Shown one piece after another: positions 30,475 through 38,061 of a DNA stretch of 64,000 nucleotides. Position numbers and translations under genes: made by a program. The notes beneath the pieces are model-generated. The model was not told the DNA's origin. It saw only the letters and a list, made by a program, of their open reading frames with translations, and did no database searches. The DNA comes from Candidatus Effluviviaceae Genus I sp. (GTDB taxonomy: Bacteria > Joyebacterota > Joyebacteria > Joyebacterales > Joyebacteraceae), in contig VGIX01000003.1 of NCBI GenBank assembly GCA_016867725.1, positions 26,866 through 90,865 of the forward strand. The letters are read 5' to 3'. Numbering within the stretch: position 1 is the stretch's first letter; each line of letters starts with the position of its first letter.

Positions 30475-32099
30475 ACGCTGCGCCGGCCGGGACCGTGGAC
30501 TGGCGTCAGGTGAGGGCGCTCGTGGTGGCCGCGGTGAAGTGCGACCTCCGCACGTCGCGCGGCGGATACGGCAGCCACCGGGTCCCGCCTCTGATCCTGG
30601 CGCTCGCCGTCTACCTCCTGATGGGCACCTTCCTGTCGCTCGCGGTCCTCGCCGCGCGGGACCCGTTCGTCATCGCCCTCTTCACGCTGTCCGCCGCGCT
30701 CTTCATGACGGCACTCTCCGTCATCATGGACCACGGGATCGTGGTCGTGAGCCCGGAGGACTACGACGTCATCTCCTTCAGACCCGTCTCCTCCAGGACG
30801 TACTTCTGGGCCAAGATGGGGAACCTCCTCTTCTACACCGGAGCGACGGCGACGGCGCTCGCAGGGCCGACGGCGGTGATGGGGAGCCTCGCGCTGCCCG
30901 GCGGCGCGCGGTTCGGCTTCTCGTACCTCGCGCTGGCGCTTCTCGGGTGCACCGCGGCCGCGGCGTTCATCGTCGTCGCGTATTCCGCGGCCCTCAAGGT
31001 CGTGAGCTACGGCCGTCTCACCGCGGCGATGACGTACGTGCACATGGGGGCGACGCTCGTCCTCACGCTCGGTTACGTGTTCCTGCCGCAGCTCGTCGGA
31101 AGGGATGTCGGGCTCCTAGCGGTCCGGCGAGGCGCGTGGATGTACTGGGCGCCGCCGGCGTGGTTCGCCGGTGGCGTGGGACTCCTGTCCGGCGGGGGAG
31201 TGGCTGGGGACGGCGCGCTGCTCGCCCTCGCGCTCGCGTCCTCCGCGCTTGCGTTCGCCGCCGCGTCGCGGACGGTCTCGAACGACTACTCGCGGAGGAT
31301 CAGCGAGCTCGCGCTCGAGGCCCCGCCCGCGCAGTCCGGCCGCGGAGGGCTCGCGCGCGCGACCTCCTGGCTGTCCGCGTACGGCCTCGTCTTCTGTCGC
31401 TCGAGCGCGGAGAGGGCCGGGTACGAGCTCATGCGGGCGTACATGACACGAGACAGAAAACTGCGCTCGCGGATCTACCCGGCGTTCGGGCTGCCGCTCG
31501 CCGCGTACGTGTACGGCCTGGCGAGCGGGTCCTTCCGCACGCCGCCCTCCGGAGCCGAGCGCATGGACGTGCTCACGATCCTCGGGCTCTACTGCGTGTT
31601 CGTCAGCTTCTTCTTCACGTCGGCCATGGGGATGTCCGAGCACTGGCGCGCGAGCTGGGTGTTCCACGCGGCGCCGCTCAGGAGACGCTCCGAGCTGCTC
31701 GTCGGCGCGAGGAAGCTGGTGCTGCTGGGGTACATCCTGCCGTTCTTCGCGCTGCTGTTCCTGCTGCTCGCGGCGGCGATGCCGCTCCGGGCGCTGGCGC
31801 CCTACTGGGCGCTGGTGCTCCTGTCGTCGCTGCTCGCGTTCGCGCTGCTCTCGTTCGGCGCGCCGCATCATCCGCTCTCGCAGTCGGTCGAGCGGGCCAG
31901 TCGCACGGCGCAGCTCGGGCTCATCGTCGTGTTCGGCGCGCTCATGGCGGTCATCGCGGCGGCGAGACGGGCGATGACGGAGACGCCGCTGGCCGGGGTC
32001 ATCGTGCTGGCCGTCTTCGCGCTCGCGGTCGTGGGAGCCGAAGCGGTGCTGCGCGGCAGACTCGAGAAACGGCTTGCGGAGCAGGAGTTCCTCGGCTAG
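30471..32099 (+). CDS. ABC exporter permease (multi-TM)
   Basis: ~12 hydrophobic segments, RPVSSRTYFWAK loop, translationally coupled to the ATPase. Confidence 0.8.
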   Translation: MNAAPAGTVDWRQVRALVVAAVKCDLRTSRGGYGSHRVPPLILALAVYLLMGTFLSLAVLAARDPFVIALFTLSAALFMTALSVIMDHGIVVVSPEDYDVISFRPVSSRTYFWAKMGNLLFYTGATATALAGPTAVMGSLALPGGARFGFSYLALALLGCTAAAAFIVVAYSAALKVVSYGRLTAAMTYVHMGATLVLTLGYVFLPQLVGRDVGLLAVRRGAWMYWAPPAWFAGGVGLLSGGGVAGDGALLALALASSALAFAAASRTVSNDYSRRISELALEAPPAQSGRGGLARATSWLSAYGLVFCRSSAERAGYELMRAYMTRDRKLRSRIYPAFGLPLAAYVYGLASGSFRTPPSGAERMDVLTILGLYCVFVSFFFTSAMGMSEHWRASWVFHAAPLRRRSELLVGARKLVLLGYILPFFALLFLLLAAAMPLRALAPYWALVLLSSLLAFALLSFGAPHHPLSQSVERASRTAQLGLIVVFGALMAVIAAARRAMTETPLAGVIVLAVFALAVVGAEAVLRGRLEKRLAEQEFLG

Positions 32100-32184
32100 C
32101 TTGTCTCTGGTGCTGGGGGGGACGGAGGCCCCGCGCAGCATCTAGCCGCCCGGGATCGCGACGGACTCAACAGAAAGGACCACG

Positions 32185-32397
32185 ATGCCCGACACGGTGA
32201 CGAAGAGCATGTCGATCGGTGAGATCGTCCAGAAGCACCCGGAGACCGTCCCGGTGTTCATGAAGCACGGGCTGCACTGCCTGGGCTGCGCGATCGCCTC
32301 GTTCGAGTCGCTCGAGCAGGGAGCTCAGGCCCATGGAATCGATGCGGATGCTCTGGTGAAGGGACTCAACGAAGCGATCGTGGGCGACGGCAAGTAG
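32185..32397 (+). CDS. DUF1858 / hybrid-cluster-associated redox disulfide domain protein
   Basis: MSIGEIVQKHPETVPVFMKHGLHCLGC..A.FESLEQGAQAHGID. Confidence 0.9.
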   Translation: MPDTVTKSMSIGEIVQKHPETVPVFMKHGLHCLGCAIASFESLEQGAQAHGIDADALVKGLNEAIVGDGK

Positions 32398-32414
32398 CGG
32401 AGGGGGAGACGGCG

Positions 32415-32696
32415 ATGAAGCTGGACGACTTCAAGGTCTGGATCGACGAGCACGAAGGCTGGGAGTACGAGGCCGACGACCGCGGGCTCCTGGTCCGCAA
32501 TGCCGACCTCGGGACGGCCACGCACTGCACGTTCGAGGCGATCGAGAAGAACCCGATCGAGACCATCACCTCGGCCTGCACGCAGGGCCGCGACGTGGAC
32601 CACATCACGCGCGTGACGGGGTACTTCTCGAAGACGAGCGGATGGAACAAGGGCAAGACCGCGGAGCTCCGGGACCGTCACAGAAGCGACGTCTAG
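32415..32696 (+). CDS. Stand-alone NrdD (class III RNR) C-terminal glycyl-radical domain protein
   Basis: 93 aa ending [25 protein letters not shown]; own RBS and stop. Confidence 0.85.
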   Translation: MKLDDFKVWIDEHEGWEYEADDRGLLVRNADLGTATHCTFEAIEKNPIETITSACTQGRDVDHITRVTGYFSKTSGWNKGKTAELRDRHRSDV

Positions 32697-32709
32697 CGGC
32701 GCCGCCGCA

Positions 32710-32910
32710 GTGACCGCGCGTTGCGGGAACCGCGAGCGGAACCTGGCCGGCTGCAACTGCTCATACGAGCCGTGCAGCCGCAAGGGCGTCTGCTGCGAGT
32801 GCATCATGTATCACCGGAACGCCGGCGAGCTTCCGGCGTGCTTCTTCGAGGACCGCGTTGAGCGGACGTACGACCGCGCCATCGCGCGTTTCGTGAGAGA
32901 GAACTCCTGA
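32710..32910 (+). CDS. Cys-rich small protein (DUF6485-like)
   Basis: [21 protein letters not shown]...ELPACFF...ERTYDR. Confidence 0.75.
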   Translation: MTARCGNRERNLAGCNCSYEPCSRKGVCCECIMYHRNAGELPACFFEDRVERTYDRAIARFVRENS

Positions 32911-32915
32911 GATCC

Positions 32916-33281
32916 GTGAGGGGGGAGGGCTCTCTGGCGCCCAGGATCGAGCACTACAGCTTCGGACGGGTCACGATCGACGGGAAGATCTACACCGCCG
33001 ACGTGGTCGTTCTGCCCGGACGCGTCATCGCCGGCTGGTGGAGGAAGGACGGACACCGGCTGGCGCCGGAGGACGTCGAGGACGTCCTGGCGGCGCGGCC
33101 GGCCTGTCTCGTCATCGGAACGGGAGCGTCGGGTCTCATGGAGGTCCCGCCGGAGACGACCGCGCTCCTCGAGGGCCGCGGCATCAGCGTCATCGTCAAG
33201 CCCACGGCCGAGGCCGTCGAGACCTACAACCGCCTCCGGGGAGACGGCCGGACGGCGGCCTGCCTGCATCTGACCTGCTAG
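32916..33281 (+). CDS. Mth938-like (DUF498) protein
   Basis: IEHYSFG, WWRKDGH, LVIGTG, C-terminal HLTC. Confidence 0.9.
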   Translation: MRGEGSLAPRIEHYSFGRVTIDGKIYTADVVVLPGRVIAGWWRKDGHRLAPEDVEDVLAARPACLVIGTGASGLMEVPPETTALLEGRGISVIVKPTAEAVETYNRLRGDGRTAACLHLTC

Positions 33282-33356
33282 ACCACCTCGACGATCGACC
33301 TGCCTCGCGTCGCCCCGCGGACCGCTGGGAGCGCCGTCGGCGCCGCCATTGCGTCA

Positions 33357-33386
33357 TTGACGGCCTGACCCGACCTGTGCTATGAT
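33357..33386 (+). promoter_or_regulatory. Strong sigma70-type promoter
   Basis: TTGACG-18 nt-TATGAT with TG extended -10. Confidence 0.7.
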
Positions 33387-33619
33387 GATTGTCGTGTGAG
33401 TCCATGTTGTGTCGGCAGCGGCGGTTCGCGCCGACTGCCGGTCGGTTGTGGGTGTTCTGGAGACACGGTGCCGGTCCGAGGGGCCGGAAGGGCATTTCTG
33501 CCGGAGGGAGGTGATTGGGAAGTCGATTCTCGGGTAGCGGGCCGCGCCTCACTCCGGGCGCGACCCAGCCAGTCCGTAGAAGTCCTGTCACGAGGAGTCG
33601 TGAACCAAGGGAGGGATCT

Positions 33620-34336
33620 ATGAGGACCCTGTTCGTTATCGCGGCCGCTCTGCTCTGCGTGACTCCGGCGTTCGCCACGGTGCACAACTACAGCTGGGAG
33701 AACGGCGGCACCGTCCTCGCCACCTACGGAGCCAACTGCGTCGGCATCGCGAACGTGTGCGGCCCGCAGAGCGGCATCTACGGCACAGGCAGCTCGGCGC
33801 CCGGTGGCTCCGCGGGCTTCACCGTCCCCGGCGCCTGCCAGGGCAACTGCTACCTGCACGTCGCCGAGGACCCGCACACCGGGACGCCGTCCGTCGTCGT
33901 GGCGTGGATCAAGGGGCTCCAGATCGGTGACACGATCTTCGCCAACATCTGCCTGTACGACCCCTTCGAGGGCAGCTCCACGTTCCCGGGCATGAGGATC
34001 TGGGGCGCCTACACCTCCTGCACCGACCCGTCCGTGTACGAGGCGCCGGCCACGAACCCGTCGACCTACACCAACGGCAACCCCGCCTCGTGGAACACCG
34101 GGACCCCGGCCACGTCGTGGACCTGGACGTACAACGACGCCACGGACCCGACGGGCTGCTTCCGCATCGAGGTGCGCTTCTACAGCACGCCGCCGACGGC
34201 CAACCCTCAGCACACGGACTTCTTCGTCGACAACGTCACCGTCGAGGTCCCGAGCTACTGCGAAGTGATCTTCCCGCAGGGCCAGTCGCCGGTCGAGAGC
34301 AGCACGTGGGGCGTCATCAAGGCCCTGTATAGGTAG
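33620..34336 (+). CDS. Secreted Cys/Thr/Gly-rich protein with C-terminal PVESSTWGVIKALYR tail
   Basis: AAGGGAGGG RBS + ATG, signal peptide ending PAFA, beta-rich body, distinctive terminal motif. Confidence 0.85.
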   Translation: MRTLFVIAAALLCVTPAFATVHNYSWENGGTVLATYGANCVGIANVCGPQSGIYGTGSSAPGGSAGFTVPGACQGNCYLHVAEDPHTGTPSVVVAWIKGLQIGDTIFANICLYDPFEGSSTFPGMRIWGAYTSCTDPSVYEAPATNPSTYTNGNPASWNTGTPATSWTWTYNDATDPTGCFRIEVRFYSTPPTANPQHTDFFVDNVTVEVPSYCEVIFPQGQSPVESSTWGVIKALYR

Positions 34337-34386
34337 GCCCAGGCGGCGCCGGCGGAGGATCTGCGCCGGACGCGCATCGAGGAGAC

Positions 34387-34421
34387 GCAGGGGCCCCGTC
34401 GAAAGGCGGGGCCTCCTGTTT
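34387..34421 (+). terminator. Intrinsic terminator
   Basis: CAGGGGCCCCGTC-GAAA-GGCGGGGCCTCCTG then TTT. Confidence 0.8.
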
Positions 34422-34437
34422 GGGGAAGCCGGCCGCC

Positions 34438-34466
34438 TTGACACCCCCGCGCGGGCGTGCTAGGCT
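34438..34466 (+). promoter_or_regulatory. sigma70-type promoter
   Basis: TTGACA-17 nt-TAGGCT with TG extension. Confidence 0.65.
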
Positions 34467-34562
34467 CCCGACACCAGAAGGAGCAGCATCGCACCGGCCC
34501 CGAAGGCCCCCGAACCGGGGGAGGGGCCGGTGCGAGCACACGGACCGACCCGGGAGGACACG

Positions 34563-35255
34563 TTGGGGAAGCGCACGCGCGTCACGAAGAAGGCCCTCAA
34601 GCACGACGCCTTCGTCGACACCACGGCGAAGGGCACGAAGTTCATCGAGGAGCACATCAACCGGATCCTCATCGGCGCCGTCGTGCTCGTCGTGGCTGTC
34701 GGGGTGGTGTTCCTCGTGGTGCGCGGCCAGCGCAACGCCGCGCGGCAGGCCAGCGCGCTTCTCTCCGTCGCCACGGAGTCCCTCAGCTCGGGGCTTCTTG
34801 CCCAGGCCTCAGACCAGTTCACGGGCCTCATCGAGCAGTATCCCGGCACCAGAGCCGCCGGGGCGGCCACGTGCTATCTCGGCACGATCAGGTTCCACGA
34901 GAAGGACTTCGACGGCGCGCTCCAGCACTTCCAGACCTATCTCGACCGATACCGCAACCCCGGCAATCTCCGCAACCTCGCGCTCACCGGCAAGGCCTCC
35001 ATCCTCGAGCACCGCCGCGAGTTCGCGGCCGCCGCCGACGCCTATCTCGCCATCGCCGCAGATGCAGGGGACCAGCACGCCACGGCCGCCCTCAACCTCA
35101 TGAACGCCGTGCGCTGCTACCGCGCCCTGCAGGACTGGCAGAGCATGAAGGGCACCGCCGAGCGCGTCGTCCGCGACTATCCCGACACGCCGTCGGCAGG
35201 CGATGCCCGCATCGCTCTCGCCGAAGCGTCCGGCCTCCTTGGACCACAGCCGTAG
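34563..35255 (+). CDS. Membrane-anchored TPR protein (YfgM-like)
   Basis: GGAGG RBS + TTG; KKALKHDAF N-terminus, single TM, TPR helices with YPGT/YPDT turns. Confidence 0.75.
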   Translation: MGKRTRVTKKALKHDAFVDTTAKGTKFIEEHINRILIGAVVLVVAVGVVFLVVRGQRNAARQASALLSVATESLSSGLLAQASDQFTGLIEQYPGTRAAGAATCYLGTIRFHEKDFDGALQHFQTYLDRYRNPGNLRNLALTGKASILEHRREFAAAADAYLAIAADAGDQHATAALNLMNAVRCYRALQDWQSMKGTAERVVRDYPDTPSAGDARIALAEASGLLGPQP

Positions 35256-35323
35256 GGCACCAGGGCACCCCGAACACTCCGAGGTCCGGCTGTCCCGCCG
35301 CGCAGGTTCTCGGTCTTGCCTGT

Positions 35324-35351
35324 CTGTCGCATAATCCGCATTATGTAAACT
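35324..35351. other. dif: dif site (XerC/XerD chromosome dimer resolution site)
   Basis: CTGTCGCATAA-TCCGCA-TTATGTAAACT: 11-6-11 layout like E. coli GGTGCGCATAA-TGTATA-TTATGTTAAAT, intergenic, at the gene-orientation switch. Confidence 0.85.
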
Positions 35352-35475
35352 ATCGCACGGAGGCCTCGAGCCCGCTGCGACAGCAGCGGACACCCGACAG
35401 CGGCGCCCCGCTGCCGCGCCGCTCCCCCGCGCGTCGCGGGCGGCATCGGCGAACGGGAGCGCGTCCCGGGTGGCC

Positions 35476-37968
35476 CTACTGCTTCACGACGAGATTGAGC
35501 AGGCGGTCCTGCACGTAGATGACCCGAGCGAGGGACGGCTGATCGAGGTACTTGCTGAGCTTGTCGTTCCGGCGAGCCAGCTCGAGCACGTCGTCCTGGG
35601 AGGACCCGCGGATCGCCTCGACCTGCCCGCGCAGCTTGCCGTTGACCTGGACCGCGATGGTCGCCGTGTCATCCGTGGCCGCGGCCTCGTTCCACACCGG
35701 CCAGGGCCCTCTGAAGATGGACGTCACGCCGCCGGCGCGCTGCCAGAGCTCCTCGCCGAGGTGCGGGACCATCGGCGCGAGCAGCACCACGAGGCTGCGC
35801 ACGGCCTCGCCGATCACGGCGCGCTCGACGGGCGCCGGCGCGCGCCCTCCGAGCCCCTCCGCGAAGGACCTGGCGGCGTTCGCGAGCTCCATGACGGCGG
35901 CGACCGCCGTGTTGAAGCGGAACCCCTCGAAGTCGCGCGTGACCTTCCTGAGGGTCTGGTGGGTCTTCCTGTGCAGCGCCTCGACGCCGGCGGTCAGCTC
36001 CTGTCCCGCCAGCGCGGCGCCGTAGTCCGCGCGCGGATCGAACGGCCACTCCTCGGCCAGCGACCACACGCGGTTGAGGAACCTGTGGCACCCGTCGACC
36101 GACGCATCGGACCACTCCGCGTCCCGGTCCGGCGGGCCGATGAACAGCGTGTAGAGGCGTTCGGTGTCGGCGCCGTAGGCCGCGATGAGCTCGTCGGGCG
36201 GCACGACGTTGCCCTTCGACTTGGACATCTTCGAGCCGTCCTTGTAGATCATCCCCTGCGTGAAAAGCCGCTCGATCGGCTCGTCGAAGCCCAGAAGCCC
36301 CATGTCGTGCAGCGCCTTGGTCATGAACCTGACGAAGATCAGGTGCCCGCACGCGTGCTCCACGCCTCCTATGTACTGGTCCACCGGAAGCCACCGGTTG
36401 ACGTCCTCGCTCACGAACGGGGCGCGCTCCTCCCGAGGCGAGATGTACCGGAAGAGGTACCAGCTCGAGTCCATGAACGTGTCGATCGTGTCCGTCTCTC
36501 GCCGCCCCTGCCCCCCGCACCTCGGACACACAGCCGCCATGAAGGTCGGCGACGTCGAGAGGGGCGACTCGCCCTTGCCGGTGAGCCGGATGTCGGTCGG
36601 GAGCACCACAGGCAGATCGCGCTCCGGCACCGCCTGGAGTCCGCACCGTTCGCAGTAGATGATCGGGATCGGCGTGCCCCAGTAGCGCTGTCGCGAGATG
36701 AGCCAGTCGCGAAGGCGGTAGCTCACGGCGCGTCGCCCCGTCCCGTTCGCCTGCATCCAGTCGGCGATCCGCTCCATGCCCTCGCGGTTCGGCATCCCGT
36801 TGAACTCGCCCGAGCCGGTCAGGACCCCGTCCTCCACGTACGCCCCGTCCATGGCGTCCGGGGTGAGGCCTCCGGTCGGCCTATCGATGACGACGCGCAC
36901 GGGCAGCCCGTAGCGCCTGGCGAACTCGAAGTCCCGCTGGTCGTGCGCCGGGACCGCCATCACCGCGCCCGTCCCGTACTCCATCAGCACGTAGTTGGCC
37001 ACCCACACGGGAACCCGCTCGCCGGTGGCGGGGTTCACGACGTGCTTCCCGGTCCACATCCCTTCCTTCTCGACGTCGGCGGAGCTGCGCTCCAGCGTGC
37101 TCTGCCGCTTCGCGCGCTCTGCGAACGCCGCGACCTCGGTCTCTCTGCCTGTCCCCTCCGCCAGCGTCTGAAGCATGGGATGCTCCGGAGCGATGACCAT
37201 GTAGGTCACGCCGAAGACCGTGTCGGCTCGCGTCGTGAAGCACGGCAGCCGCTCACCCGTCTCCGGAACCCGGAAGTCGATTTCCACTCCCTCGCTTCGC
37301 CCGATCCAATGACGCTGCATCGCGCGCACGCGCTCCGGCCAGCCGCCCAGCCTGTCGAGCCCATCGAGCAGCCGATCGGCGTAGGCCGTGATCCGGAAGA
37401 ACCACTGCTCCAGGTCGCGCACGCCGACGGCCGTCTCGCAGCGCTCGCACTTCCCGCTGACGACCTGCTCGTTGGCGAGCACGGTCGCGCACGAGGGGCA
37501 CCAGTTCACTGGCGCCGACTTCCTGTAGGCGAGGTCACGCTCGAAGAGCTTCGTGAAGATCCACTGCGTCCACCGGTAGAAGCGCGGGTCGTGCGACGCG
37601 ATCTCGCGAGACCAGTCGTACCCTATCCCCCACCTGCGGAACTGCACCTTCATCTTGGCGATGTTCGCGTCCGTCCACAGCGCTGGATGGATGCCGCGCT
37701 CGATGGCGGCGTTTTCTGCGGGGAGCCCGAACGCATCCCACCCCATCGGCGAGAGCACCGTCCCCCCGCGCATCATGAGGTGACGGACCAGGGCGTCACC
37801 GATGATGTAGTTCCGCCCGTGCCCGACGTGGAGGTCACCGGACGGGTACGGGTACATCACCAGGCAGTAGAAGCCGCCTTCCGCCTCCGTCGGGCACTCG
37901 AAGAGACGGTCCTGCTCCCAGCGTTCCTGCCACTTCGGCTCGAGCTCTGCGAAGGGGTAGCGCTCCAT
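35476..37968 (-). CDS. leuS: Leucine--tRNA ligase
   Basis: PYPSGDLHVGH, GWDAFGLPAENAA, DWLISRQRYWG, KMSKSKGN, VQVNGKLR. Confidence 0.98.
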   Translation of the reverse strand: MERYPFAELEPKWQERWEQDRLFECPTEAEGGFYCLVMYPYPSGDLHVGHGRNYIIGDALVRHLMMRGGTVLSPMGWDAFGLPAENAAIERGIHPALWTDANIAKMKVQFRRWGIGYDWSREIASHDPRFYRWTQWIFTKLFERDLAYRKSAPVNWCPSCATVLANEQVVSGKCERCETAVGVRDLEQWFFRITAYADRLLDGLDRLGGWPERVRAMQRHWIGRSEGVEIDFRVPETGERLPCFTTRADTVFGVTYMVIAPEHPMLQTLAEGTGRETEVAAFAERAKRQSTLERSSADVEKEGMWTGKHVVNPATGERVPVWVANYVLMEYGTGAVMAVPAHDQRDFEFARRYGLPVRVVIDRPTGGLTPDAMDGAYVEDGVLTGSGEFNGMPNREGMERIADWMQANGTGRRAVSYRLRDWLISRQRYWGTPIPIIYCERCGLQAVPERDLPVVLPTDIRLTGKGESPLSTSPTFMAAVCPRCGGQGRRETDTIDTFMDSSWYLFRYISPREERAPFVSEDVNRWLPVDQYIGGVEHACGHLIFVRFMTKALHDMGLLGFDEPIERLFTQGMIYKDGSKMSKSKGNVVPPDELIAAYGADTERLYTLFIGPPDRDAEWSDASVDGCHRFLNRVWSLAEEWPFDPRADYGAALAGQELTAGVEALHRKTHQTLRKVTRDFEGFRFNTAVAAVMELANAARSFAEGLGGRAPAPVERAVIGEAVRSLVVLLAPMVPHLGEELWQRAGGVTSIFRGPWPVWNEAAATDDTATIAVQVNGKLRGQVEAIRGSSQDDVLELARRNDKLSKYLDQPSLARVIYVQDRLLNLVVKQ

Positions 37969-38005
37969 GAGTTCTCTCGCTTCAGGTCGACCGACGCATA
38001 TGCGA

Positions 38006-38034
38006 AGGCCGGCACCGGGACACGGTGCCGGCCT
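38006..38034 (-). terminator. Hairpin downstream of FadL-like gene
   Basis: AGGCCGGCACCG-GGACA-CGGTGCCGGCCT perfect 12-bp stem; weak U tail. Confidence 0.5.
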
Positions 38035-38061
38035 CGAGTGCGGCGCGGTCTGGTGTCCCCG

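Noticed and set aside
32100-32150. Imperfect hairpin upstream of DUF1858 as a riboswitch
   Set aside because: It is short and matches no aptamer consensus I recognise. It may just be a transcript-end stem.
33515-33619. Upstream in-frame TTG start for the TWG-tail protein
   Set aside because: It would bury the signal peptide behind 35 polar residues, and ATG 33620 has its own RBS.
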